In this document: positions 17,270-26,573 of the stretch, in pieces
Position numbering within the stretch: position 1 is the stretch's first letter
Layout: each line of letters begins with the position of its first letter
From: an uncultured Acidobacteriota bacterium
Lineage (GTDB): Bacteria; Acidobacteriota; Thermoanaerobaculia; Multivoradales; UBA5704
Reading direction: 5' to 3'
Assembly: GCA_963770895.1 (NCBI GenBank)
Contig: CAVYRF010000001.1
Coordinates: 2,112,001 to 2,176,000 of the forward strand
DNA: 64,000 nucleotides
Program-made: the position numbers and the translations under genes
Notes under the pieces: model-generated
The model's database searches: none
Told to the model about the DNA's origin: nothing
What the model saw: only the letters and a program-made list of their open reading frames with translations

Positions 17270-17632
17270 TTACGGCAGCGGCCCGTACCAGCACACGCAG
17301 CCCTGCTGGCCGGTCGGGCAAAGGTTGTATTCCGGGGCCTCGCAGTAGCCGTACACACCCTCGATGTCGCCGCAGTACGTGCCGTACGGTTGACCTTGAC
17401 AGTAGGAAACGCTGCACGCCCCGCAGAGTCTTCCGGCCAGGGGCGTGGGGGCCGGTGCGTGGTCGGCGACGCTGAAGCTGGTGCGGTTGGCATGGCAGAC
17501 CGCCGGTGCATCCAGCGCGGCAGCGAACGGTACCACCGCCGGGGTCGAGGTTGCGGGCGCCGTCGCCGCACCGGCGACGACTGCCGGCAGCAATAGCGAA
17601 ATCAGGACCAGCATGGCAGATCGCAGTTTCAT
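17270..17632 (-). CDS. Secreted protein with 8-Cys C-terminal domain (120 aa)
   Basis: AAGGAGG RBS, signal peptide, Ala/Pro spacer, CGACSVSYCQGQPYGTYCGDIEGVYGYCEAPEYNLCPTGQQGCVCWYGPLP. Confidence 0.8.
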   Translation of the reverse strand: MKLRSAMLVLISLLLPAVVAGAATAPATSTPAVVPFAAALDAPAVCHANRTSFSVADHAPAPTPLAGRLCGACSVSYCQGQPYGTYCGDIEGVYGYCEAPEYNLCPTGQQGCVCWYGPLP

Positions 17633-17787
17633 ATCGCCTCCTTGGCAGGTGGATGAGGATTTCGCAATTCTCCCGAAGCTCCTATTCGGTAGCAACATAG
17701 TATGCACTTACCAGTCACCGTGCCATACCCTTTCGAGCCTGTGGGGCCGAGCAGCTCAGGATCAAGAGCTCACCGCCCGCAGGAGAC

Positions 17788-17820
17788 GCTGCGTGAGCTG
17801 CCAGCCTCACGCAGCTTTTC
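17788..17820 (+). terminator. Terminator-like hairpin in a divergent intergenic region
   Basis: 10-bp stem gctgcgtgag/ctcacgcagc, 8-nt loop, tttt tail. Confidence 0.45.
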
Positions 17821-18023
17821 GCGTTTCACGCCGATCTCAAGGGCTGGCTTGTGCTAGCCTTGCGGCCTAGAAACAAGGTCCGGGCGCTGCGTCTAAGTGG
17901 CTGAAACAAAGTAGGTTTACAGCGGTTAAGCGGCGATCTGCGGCGGCCGCTTGGTCGGCGCGGGTCGGGCGGCCGCACGGCTTGGCGGCATGGCGCTCCC
18001 ACGGCCACGCAAGGGGTGAACGA

Positions 18024-21000
18024 ATGCGGCGAATGGCGGCGTTGCTTTGGCTTTCGGCGAGTGCGGCGATGGCAGTGGGGGCGGCTGCGACGGCATCGGC
18101 GAGTGCGGCCTTCGAACAGGCGCAACCCTCGCCTCGCACCGGCGTGGGTGACGTGACGAAACCGGAAGCGCCGGTGCCGGAGCAGGCGGGCGAGGAGAAG
18201 GACAAGGGGCCGTTCGACGGCCTGAAATTCCGCTTCATCGGGCCGCCCGGCAACCGCGTCTCGGCGGTGGTCGGCATGCCGGGCGATCCCAACGTGTACT
18301 ACGCGGGCGCGGCGTCGGGTGGAGTCTGGAAGTCGATCGACGGCGGTACCGAGTGGAAGCCGGTCTTCGACAAGATGCCCGCCCAGTCGATCGGCGCGAT
18401 CGCGATCGCGCCGTCGGACCATGCGATCGTCTGGGTCGGCACGGGCGAGACCTTCATCCGCAGCAACGTGTCGATCGGCAACGGTGTGTACCGATCGACC
18501 GATGGCGGCAAGAGCTGGCTGCACATGGGCCTCGACAAGACCGGGCGCATCGGCCGCGTGATCATCGACCCCCGCGACCCCAACGTGGTGTACGTCGCGG
18601 CTCTCGGCACCTGCTACGGGCCGCAGCCGGAGCGCGGTGTCTTCCGCACCAGGGACGGCGGCAAAACCTGGGAGAGGGTGCTTTTCGTCGACCAGAACAC
18701 GGGAGCTTCCGACCTGGCGATGGACCCCGCCGACTCGCGCACGCTCTTCGCCGGCACCTGGCAGATCGACATCAAGACCTGGGGCAGGAACAGCGGCGGC
18801 CCCGGCAGCGGCGTCTGGGTCACGCACGATGGCGGCAACCGGTGGAAGCGATTGACCAAGGACGACGGCCTGCCCGCAGCGCCGCTGGGCAAGATCGCGG
18901 TCGCGGTGGCGCCCAACGACTCGCAGCGCGTCTACGCCCTGATCGAGACGGGCGACAAGGGGTCGCTGTGGCGCTCCGACAACGGCGGTGCGAAGTGGAA
19001 GCTGGTGAACCACAGCCGGCTGTTGAACGAACGTCCGCACTACTACACGCGCATGCTGGTCATGCCGGACAATGCCAACGAAGTCTACTTCCCGTCGAAC
19101 TCGATCGGTGTGTCCTACGACGGCGGCGAGACGACCGACCAGGTGGATTGGGGCGGCGACAATCACGACATGTGGGCCGACCCGATGAATCCGAGCCGCA
19201 TGATGATCGGCTCCGACGGCGGCGTCTTCATCTCGACCACGCGGGGCCGAAAATGGACATGGGAACGCCTGCCGATCGCCCAGATCTACCACGTCGCGAC
19301 CGACACGCGGATTCCGTACGGCGTGCACGGGCAGATGCAGGATGGCGGATCGATGCGCGGTCCGAGCCGTAACCCGGGCGCCGACACGATCCCTCCGGCG
19401 CTTTGGACGACGACGGCAGGATGCGAGACCGGTTGGGCCACGCCCGACCCCGTCGACCCCAACATCGTCTGGGGCGGCTGCTACGCGGGGGTCGTCGAGC
19501 GCTACGACGATCGCACGCGCATGTCGCGCTCGGTGTCGGTCTGGCCGGAGCGGACGATGGGAGCCAACGCCGGGCAGGTCAAGCACCGGATGAATTGGAC
19601 GTTCCCGATCGCCATCTCGCCGCACGACCACAACACCGTCTACGTCGGCAGCCAATACGTGATGCAGACCACCGACGGCGGCGATCACTGGACGGCGATC
19701 AGCCCCGACCTGACATTGCACGACCCGTCGATGATGGGGGATTCGGGCGGCCTCACGATCGACAACCTTTCTGTCGAATATGCAGGCGTCGTCTACTCGC
19801 TCGCCGAGTCGCCGCTCGCCAGGGGGGAGATCTGGGCCGGCACCAACGACGGCCTGGTTCAGGTGACGCGCGACGGCGGCGCTCACTGGGCCAACGTGAC
19901 GCCCGGCAAGGACCTGCTGCCGCCGAAGGGCACCGTCGACTCCGTCGAGCCGTCCCCGCACGAGGCCGGGACCTGCTATGTCGCCGTCGACCTGCACCAG
20001 GTCGACAATCGCGACCCATTCATCTTCAAGACGAACGACTACGGAAGGACCTGGAAGTCGATCTCCTCGAGCATTCCCAAGAGCCCGTTTTCGTACGTCC
20101 ACGTCGTGCGCGAGGACCCGTTCCGCCGGGGCATGCTGTACGCCGGCACCGAAAACGGCCTGTACGTGTCGTTTGACGACGGCGCGCATTGGCGTCCGCT
20201 GCAGTCGAAGCTGCCGCATGCGCCGGTCTACTGGCTGACCGTCGAGCCGCGATTTCACGATCTCGTGGTCGCCACGTACGGACGGGGTTTCTACATTCTC
20301 GACGACGTCACCTCGCTCGAAGCGTGGAGCGAAGCGCTGCAGGACTCACCGGCGCACCTCTTTGCGCCCGTTCCCGCCTATCGTTTCCGCGCCGTATCGC
20401 AGCCGGCCTACGCGCCGACCGGAACCGCGGAAGGCAAGAACGGGCCGGAAGGTGCGCTGCTGACCTATTGGCTGAAGAAAGCGGTTCCCAAGCCGAAAGA
20501 AACCGCCAGCGACGATGACGCGGCGAAAGAGAAGCCCCCCCTTGTCCAGATCAGGATCTTCGACGCGGCCGGCGTGAAGATCCGCTCGTTGCGCGGGACC
20601 GATGAGGCCGGCATGAACCGCGTCGTCTGGGACCTGCGCTACGACTCGATCCCGGAGGTGCGCCTGCGCGCCACCCCGCAGGCCAATCCGCACGTGTGGG
20701 CGGAGAAGCGCTTCGCCGGGAAGGATCGGCGTCCGGTGCTGTACTACGGGATCGAAGACGCCACCCGCGGACCGCTCGTCCCTCCCGGCAGCTATACGGT
20801 GAAGCTCAGGATCGGGGACCAGGAATTCACCGCGCCGGTCGAGGTCCGCAAGGACCCGAGCTCCGCCGGGACGCCGGCGGACGTCGAGGCCGCGTCGAAA
20901 CTGTCGCTCGCGATCTACCATGACGCGGCATCGGCGTCCGGGATGATCGGCGAGCTCGAATGGACGCGCTTGCAACTCGAACAGCTCGATCGCCGCCTGG

Positions 21001-21422
21001 TCGCCGCCAAGGCGGAGACTTCGCTGGCCGATGCCGTCGCGGGTCTGCGCAAGAGCGCCGAGGAGATCGAGGCGATCCTCCTCCAGCCGACGATTGCGGA
21101 CGAGGACCAGAAATCGTTCCGCGGACCGCTCGGTATCTTCCTCAAGCTGGTCTGGCTCAACGCCGAGGTATCGACCGGCGCCGGCGACGTTTCGGGCAAC
21201 GCCGACTTTGCGCCCACGCAACCCGAAGGTGAGGTCTTCGAGCTGCTCGACCACCAGCTCGGCGAGGTGCACCAGCGGTTCCAGTCCCTGTATGACCAGG
21301 GCGTCCCCGCCTTCAATCGCGCGCTGGCCGCCAAGGGGATGACCGGGATCGCCCCAGTCCATGAAGTCCCGCCGGAGTTCGCCAAGGAGAAGGAAAAGAA
21401 GCCGGACGAGGACGACAATTGA
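18024..21422 (+). CDS. Secreted BNR/Asp-box (VPS10/sortilin-like) glycosyl hydrolase-family protein
   Basis: Signal peptide; many Asp-box motifs (SIDGGTEW, STDGGKSW, TRDGGKTW, SDNGGAKW, TTDGGDHW); C-terminal GMNRVVWDLRY and helical tail. Confidence 0.9.
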   Translation: MRRMAALLWLSASAAMAVGAAATASASAAFEQAQPSPRTGVGDVTKPEAPVPEQAGEEKDKGPFDGLKFRFIGPPGNRVSAVVGMPGDPNVYYAGAASGGVWKSIDGGTEWKPVFDKMPAQSIGAIAIAPSDHAIVWVGTGETFIRSNVSIGNGVYRSTDGGKSWLHMGLDKTGRIGRVIIDPRDPNVVYVAALGTCYGPQPERGVFRTRDGGKTWERVLFVDQNTGASDLAMDPADSRTLFAGTWQIDIKTWGRNSGGPGSGVWVTHDGGNRWKRLTKDDGLPAAPLGKIAVAVAPNDSQRVYALIETGDKGSLWRSDNGGAKWKLVNHSRLLNERPHYYTRMLVMPDNANEVYFPSNSIGVSYDGGETTDQVDWGGDNHDMWADPMNPSRMMIGSDGGVFISTTRGRKWTWERLPIAQIYHVATDTRIPYGVHGQMQDGGSMRGPSRNPGADTIPPALWTTTAGCETGWATPDPVDPNIVWGGCYAGVVERYDDRTRMSRSVSVWPERTMGANAGQVKHRMNWTFPIAISPHDHNTVYVGSQYVMQTTDGGDHWTAISPDLTLHDPSMMGDSGGLTIDNLSVEYAGVVYSLAESPLARGEIWAGTNDGLVQVTRDGGAHWANVTPGKDLLPPKGTVDSVEPSPHEAGTCYVAVDLHQVDNRDPFIFKTNDYGRTWKSISSSIPKSPFSYVHVVREDPFRRGMLYAGTENGLYVSFDDGAHWRPLQSKLPHAPVYWLTVEPRFHDLVVATYGRGFYILDDVTSLEAWSEALQDSPAHLFAPVPAYRFRAVSQPAYAPTGTAEGKNGPEGALLTYWLKKAVPKPKETASDDDAAKEKPPLVQIRIFDAAGVKIRSLRGTDEAGMNRVVWDLRYDSIPEVRLRATPQANPHVWAEKRFAGKDRRPVLYYGIEDATRGPLVPPGSYTVKLRIGDQEFTAPVEVRKDPSSAGTPADVEAASKLSLAIYHDAASASGMIGELEWTRLQLEQLDRRLVAAKAETSLADAVAGLRKSAEEIEAILLQPTIADEDQKSFRGPLGIFLKLVWLNAEVSTGAGDVSGNADFAPTQPEGEVFELLDHQLGEVHQRFQSLYDQGVPAFNRALAAKGMTGIAPVHEVPPEFAKEKEKKPDEDDN

Positions 21423-21632
21423 GCGCCCGATGCGGCGAGCCGGCTGATCTGGCGGGCGCAGCTGGCGCTGGACAGGGTGCTCTCTCGCGGCCAGGATTTG
21501 GGGTTCGGCGCAGCGGGGGTGCGGCAGCGGGTCGAGGAGAAGTGGCCACGGTACGGCGTCGTTGCAGCGAACGGAGGTATCATCACCGGCATCGGATTTT
21601 CCGTCTTGAATCCCGCCCCTGAGAGCATGATC

Positions 21633-23633
21633 ATGCCTGACCACAACTACTTCTCGAACCTGATCTGGCAGATCGCCGACCTGCTGCGCGGGCCGTACCG
21701 GCCGCCGCAATACGAGCGCGTCATGCTGCCCATGACCGTGCTGCGTCGATTCGACTGCGTGCTTGCCCCTACCAAGGCCAAGGTGCTGGCCGAGCAGGCG
21801 CGGTCAAAGGTCAAGTTCAAGGGCGAGGCGCTCGACGCCCGACTCAACAGGGCGGCGGGCCAGCGCTTCCACAACCACTCGCCGCTCGACTTCGAGAAGC
21901 TCAAGGGCGACCCCGACCACATCGCTCAGCACCTCGTCAGCTACATCAAGGGGTTCTCGGCCAACGTCCGCCACATCTTCGACTTCTTCGAGCTCGAGAC
22001 CGAGATCGAGAAGATGCGCGAGTCGAACATCCTCTTTCTTGTCGTCTCGAAGTTCTGCGATGTGGACTTGACGCCGAGTGACGACCCTCGCACCGGGGTG
22101 CCGAATTTCCAGATGGGGCTCATCTTCGAGAACCTCATCCGCCGCTTCAACGAGCTGGCCAACGAGACCGCGGGCGACCACTTCACGCCGCGCGAGGTCA
22201 TCCGGCTGATGGTGAGCCTCCTGTTCATCCGGGATAACAAGCTGCTCGCCACGCCCGGCACCGTGCGCAAGCTCCTAGACCCCGCTTGCGGCACGGGTGG
22301 CATGCTGGCGGAAGCGCAGAACTACCTGCGCGACCACCATCGAGAAGCGAAGCTCTACGTCTACGGGCAGGACTACAACAAGCGCGCCTTCGCCACTGCG
22401 GCGTCAGACATGCTGATGAAGCAGGTCGATCATAACGGCAGCGGCGGCAACATCCGCTTCGGCGACAGCTTCACCGAAGACCAGTTCGCCGGCGAAACCT
22501 TCGATTACTTCCTAACTAATCCGCCCTTCGGTGTGGACTGGAAAAAGCAGCAGAAGGAGATCCAGCGCGAGCAGGAGAGGCAAGGTTTCGCGGGCCGTTT
22601 CGGCGCGGGGCTACCGCGCGTGAACGACGGCTCGCTGCTCTTCTTGCAGCACATGCTCGCCAAGTTCGAGCCGGTGGGGCCGGCCGAGCACAAGCACGGC
22701 TCGCGCCTCGCCATCGTCTTCTCCGGCTCGCCGCTCTTCACCGGCGGCGCCGGTTCCGGCGAGAGCGAGATCCGCAGGTGGATCATCGAGAACGACTGGC
22801 TCGAGGCCATCGTCGCCCTGCCTGAGCAGATGTTCTACAACACCGGCATCGGTACTTACGTCTGGATCGTCACCAACCGCAAGGAGAAGCGGCGCAAAGG
22901 CAAGATTCAGCTCCTTGACGCACGCGACTACTGGGCCGCCGGTGGTAGCGAGGAGAGCAAGCGCAGCCTCGGAGACAAACGCCGCCACATTACAATAGGG
23001 CAGATCGACGAGATTGTCAGCCTGTACGGCCGCTTCGAAGATGGTGAGCGCTCAAAGGTCTTCGACAACGCCGACTTTGGCTACACTCGCGTCACCGTCG
23101 AGCGCCCGCTGCGGCTCACCTACCAGATGACGAACGAGGACAAGGCGCGTTTCCTGGATTCCTGCCCCGAACTGTTCGACGACGTGCAGGCCATTGATGA
23201 GGCGCTGGGGCGGGAACCTTTGCGCGACTGGAATGCGATCGGAGAGCGTATTCAGGATCTTCTACGCGAGCGCCGATCAAAATGGAAGAAGCCGGAACAG
23301 AAGCGCTTCCGCGAGGTCTTCATCCGCAAGGAGCCCGAGGCCGAGCCGGTCTTGAGCGACGGGGCGAGCGGGGGCTATGAATGCGATCCCGACCTGCGGG
23401 ACTTCGAGAACGTGCCGCTCAAGGACAACATCGAAGCTTACTTCGAGCGCGAGGTGCTCCCCCACGTGCCCGATGCCTGGATGGACCGGAGCAAGGACAA
23501 GGTCGGCTACGAGATCAACTTCAACCGCCATTTCTACAAGTACACCCCACCCCGGCCGCTGGAGGAGATCGACGCGGATCTTAAGAAGGCGGAGGAAGAG
23601 ATCCTGCGGCTGCTGCGGGAGGTGACGGAGTGA
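21633..23633 (+). CDS. hsdM: Type I restriction-modification methyltransferase subunit M
   Basis: IWQIADLLRG, GDHFTPREVI, DPACGTGGML, TNPPFG, VGYEINFNRHFY. Confidence 0.95.
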   Translation: MPDHNYFSNLIWQIADLLRGPYRPPQYERVMLPMTVLRRFDCVLAPTKAKVLAEQARSKVKFKGEALDARLNRAAGQRFHNHSPLDFEKLKGDPDHIAQHLVSYIKGFSANVRHIFDFFELETEIEKMRESNILFLVVSKFCDVDLTPSDDPRTGVPNFQMGLIFENLIRRFNELANETAGDHFTPREVIRLMVSLLFIRDNKLLATPGTVRKLLDPACGTGGMLAEAQNYLRDHHREAKLYVYGQDYNKRAFATAASDMLMKQVDHNGSGGNIRFGDSFTEDQFAGETFDYFLTNPPFGVDWKKQQKEIQREQERQGFAGRFGAGLPRVNDGSLLFLQHMLAKFEPVGPAEHKHGSRLAIVFSGSPLFTGGAGSGESEIRRWIIENDWLEAIVALPEQMFYNTGIGTYVWIVTNRKEKRRKGKIQLLDARDYWAAGGSEESKRSLGDKRRHITIGQIDEIVSLYGRFEDGERSKVFDNADFGYTRVTVERPLRLTYQMTNEDKARFLDSCPELFDDVQAIDEALGREPLRDWNAIGERIQDLLRERRSKWKKPEQKRFREVFIRKEPEAEPVLSDGASGGYECDPDLRDFENVPLKDNIEAYFEREVLPHVPDAWMDRSKDKVGYEINFNRHFYKYTPPRPLEEIDADLKKAEEEILRLLREVTE

Positions 23634-24904
23634 GAGCCGTCTCCTGGGGCGCTTCCTTTCCGGTTGAATGGCCTCGAACAAGAATCAAGCACGTCTGTAC
23701 CTTCGTAGGAGGAGGCACCCCTGATAAGGGAAGTCCGGAGTATTGGAACGGTGACATTCCCTGGTTGTCGCCGAAGGATATGAAGAGCGGCGTTATTGAG
23801 GACACTGAAGATCACATCACTGCGGATGGCCTAGAGGCTAGCGCCACCAAGCTCGTCAATTCTGGAGCGGTCCTGATCGTGATGCGTTCGGGAATCCTGC
23901 GTCACTCAATTCCGGTCGCTGTCAATCACGTCTCGTTGACTCTGAATCAAGATATGCGCGCGCTGATCCCGAATCATCAGGTTGAGGCACGATACCTCGC
24001 CCGGCTTGTCGAGGGCCATCAGCGGCAGCTACTGAATGCCTGGAGTAAAGTCGGCAGTACCGTTGAGAGCCTCGAATCTGACCTTGTAGGCGAGACCGAA
24101 TTCGCTGCACCGCCGTTACCGCGCCAACGCGCCATCGCCGACTACCTCGACTGCGAAACAGTGAAGATCGATGCGTTGATCGCGGCGAAGGAGCGGGTGC
24201 TCGCGCTGCTGGCCGAGAAGCGTCGGGCGCTCATCACGCGCGCAGTCACGCGGGGCCTCGATCCTCACGCCCCGCTCCGGGACTCGGGTATCCCGTGGCT
24301 CGGCGAGATTCCGGTGCATTGGGAAATAGAGCGAGGAAGATGGCTCTTCCGGGAGCGCGATGTTCGCTCCGAGAAGGGCGAAGAAGGGTTGCTCACGGTC
24401 TCTCACCTCACCGGTGTTACTCCTCGCTCGGAGAAGGACGTGAATATGTTCGAGGCGGAAACCAATGAGGGTTACAAGATCTGTCAACCCGGCGATCTGG
24501 TTATCAACACGCTTTGGGCTTGGATGGGAGCAATGGGGGTCGCTCCGGTCAAGGGAATAGTTAGCCCCGCATACAACGTCTATCAGCCTGAGGCGCGGCT
24601 TGCCCCAGCTTACGTCGATGCTCTTGTCCGACTTCTCGTCTTTGCCCAAGAGGTCACTCGGTATTCTAAAGGTGTATGGTCGTCGAGGCTGCGGCTCTAT
24701 CCGGAAGGCTTCTTCGAGGTTTACTTCCCTGTACCCCCCTATGAAGAACAACGTGCCATCGTCGGGCACATTGGTAAAGAATCCGCCAGCCTCGCAGCTA
24801 TGCAGAGTACTACCGAGCGTACCATCTCACTTCTCAGAGAACGCCGCGCAGCCCTCATCGCTGCGGTTGTGACAGGTAGAATATCTGTAGAGGCAGCTAC
24901 ATGA
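23630..24904 (+). CDS. hsdS: Type I restriction-modification specificity subunit S
   Basis: Two TRDs with conserved spacers (PPLPRQRAIADYLD, DSGIPWLGEIPVHW, PPYEEQRAIV, AVVTGRI); GTGA overlap with hsdM; visibly lower GC. Confidence 0.93.
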   Translation: MRAVSWGASFPVEWPRTRIKHVCTFVGGGTPDKGSPEYWNGDIPWLSPKDMKSGVIEDTEDHITADGLEASATKLVNSGAVLIVMRSGILRHSIPVAVNHVSLTLNQDMRALIPNHQVEARYLARLVEGHQRQLLNAWSKVGSTVESLESDLVGETEFAAPPLPRQRAIADYLDCETVKIDALIAAKERVLALLAEKRRALITRAVTRGLDPHAPLRDSGIPWLGEIPVHWEIERGRWLFRERDVRSEKGEEGLLTVSHLTGVTPRSEKDVNMFEAETNEGYKICQPGDLVINTLWAWMGAMGVAPVKGIVSPAYNVYQPEARLAPAYVDALVRLLVFAQEVTRYSKGVWSSRLRLYPEGFFEVYFPVPPYEEQRAIVGHIGKESASLAAMQSTTERTISLLRERRAALIAAVVTGRISVEAAT

Positions 24905-26052
24905 CTCGCGTATCCGTCCATCCCGAGATGCTCCGTTGGGCCTGCGAGCGCGCGGGTTACGATGTGCACGACTTGGCGCCGCGCTTCCCCCACCTTCCAG
25001 AGTGGGAGCGCGGCGAGAAGCTGCCGACGTTCAAGCAGCTTGAGGCCTTCGCCAGGGCCACTCACACGCCATTCGGGTTTCTCTTCCTTCCCGAGCCGCC
25101 CCAGGAGCCCTTGCCGATCCCTGACTTTCGGACCCTGAAGGGTCGGCCGGCACGCCCGAGCCCCGATCTCCTCGACACGATCTATGCGATGCAGCGTCGG
25201 CAGGATTGGTTGCGCGAGGAGCGCATCGAAGGCGAGGCGGATCCGCTGGAACTCGTCGGCAATGCTCGATTGAAAGACGATCCAGCGGCTGTGGGCCAGG
25301 AGATGCGGCGAATTGTCGGCCTGGATGACGGGTGGGCAGCCGAGGTGCCGAATTGGCACGCGGCAGTCAGCGAGCTGCGCCGCCGCATCGAGGGCCTGGG
25401 AATCATGGCCGTCATCAACGGTATCGTCGGAAACAACACGCATCGCAAGCTCAACATAGAGGAGTTCCGCGGCTTCGCGCTGACCGATCGCTACGCTCCT
25501 TTACTCTTCGTCAACGGCGCCGACGCGAAATCGGCCCAGATGTTCACTATCGCGCACGAGCTCGCCCACGTCTGGCTGGGAGCGGAAGGACAAGGAATCT
25601 CCGGCTTCGAGGGCCTCTTTCCCGGAGACCATCGGATCGAAAAGTTCTGCGATCAGGCGGCAGCCGAATTCCTCGTGCCGGCTCGAGAGCTGCGCGAGTT
25701 CCGGAGAGACGTGCAGAACGCGCCGGATGCCTTTGAACGGGTCGCCCGCCACTTCAAAGTGAGTCCGATCGTGGCGGGACGCCGCGCAATGGACCTGCGC
25801 CTCGTGAATCGCGCCACATTCTTCGCCTTCTACGAGGCCTATACGAATCGCGAACGGCGGCAGGCGCAGGATTCTAGCGGCGGCGACTTCTATAACAACC
25901 AAAACGCCAGGGTCGGAGCTGCGTTCGCGACTCGCATCATTCGTGCAGCCATGGGAGGGCGGCTCACATTCAAGGAGGCTTACGATCTCACCGGGCTTCA
26001 CGGCGGGGCCTTTCAGGAGTATGCCAGGCGGCTCGGGATGGCACTGCCATGA
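24901..26052 (+). CDS. XRE-HTH / ImmA-IrrE (DUF955) zinc metallopeptidase fusion
   Basis: N-terminal HTH (WERGEKLPTFKQLEAFA), PIPDFRT, FTIAHELAHVWL (HExxH), EKFCDQAAAEFLVP; ATGA overlap with hsdS. Confidence 0.92.
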   Translation: MTRVSVHPEMLRWACERAGYDVHDLAPRFPHLPEWERGEKLPTFKQLEAFARATHTPFGFLFLPEPPQEPLPIPDFRTLKGRPARPSPDLLDTIYAMQRRQDWLREERIEGEADPLELVGNARLKDDPAAVGQEMRRIVGLDDGWAAEVPNWHAAVSELRRRIEGLGIMAVINGIVGNNTHRKLNIEEFRGFALTDRYAPLLFVNGADAKSAQMFTIAHELAHVWLGAEGQGISGFEGLFPGDHRIEKFCDQAAAEFLVPARELREFRRDVQNAPDAFERVARHFKVSPIVAGRRAMDLRLVNRATFFAFYEAYTNRERRQAQDSSGGDFYNNQNARVGAAFATRIIRAAMGGRLTFKEAYDLTGLHGGAFQEYARRLGMALP

Positions 26053-26570
26053 GTGCGCCGCCACCGTACCTCCTGGATTCGGACGTTTTCATCGCCGCCA
26101 AGAACGCCTACTATGCCTTCGACATCTGCCCGGGGTTTTGGGCAGGCCTCATTCGTGCCCACGCAGAAGGCCGCGCGCGGAGCCTGGACCGCATCCGCAA
26201 CGAGTTGCTCTCTGGGAGGGAAGAAGAGGACTTGGTGCAGTGGGTGAAAAACGACTTGCCTGCGGCCTTCTTCCATAGCTCCAATTCGGCGGAAATCAGC
26301 GCCGGCTACGCCGAGGTGATGCTGTGGGTCCAGCGGAACGCGCAGTATTTCGATCGAGCGAAGGCCAAATTCGCGACTGAGGCGGACGGTTGGCTCGTCG
26401 CCTACTCGATGGTGAACGCAACGGTGATTGTGACCAACGAACAGCCGCGACCGGAATCGAGGAATCGTGTCCTCCTCCCGGATGTCTGCGCGCAATTCGA
26501 GGTGACCTACAAGGACACCTTCGTCATGTTGCGGGAATTTGGGGTTCGGCTCGACTTGAAAGGCCCTTGA
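26049..26570 (+). CDS. DUF4411 family PIN-like protein
   Basis: YLLDSDVFIAAKNAYYAFDICPGFW, ADGWLVAY, IVTNE, LPDVC; ATGA overlap. Confidence 0.9.
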   Translation: MSAPPPYLLDSDVFIAAKNAYYAFDICPGFWAGLIRAHAEGRARSLDRIRNELLSGREEEDLVQWVKNDLPAAFFHSSNSAEISAGYAEVMLWVQRNAQYFDRAKAKFATEADGWLVAYSMVNATVIVTNEQPRPESRNRVLLPDVCAQFEVTYKDTFVMLREFGVRLDLKGP

Positions 26571-26573
26571 TTC

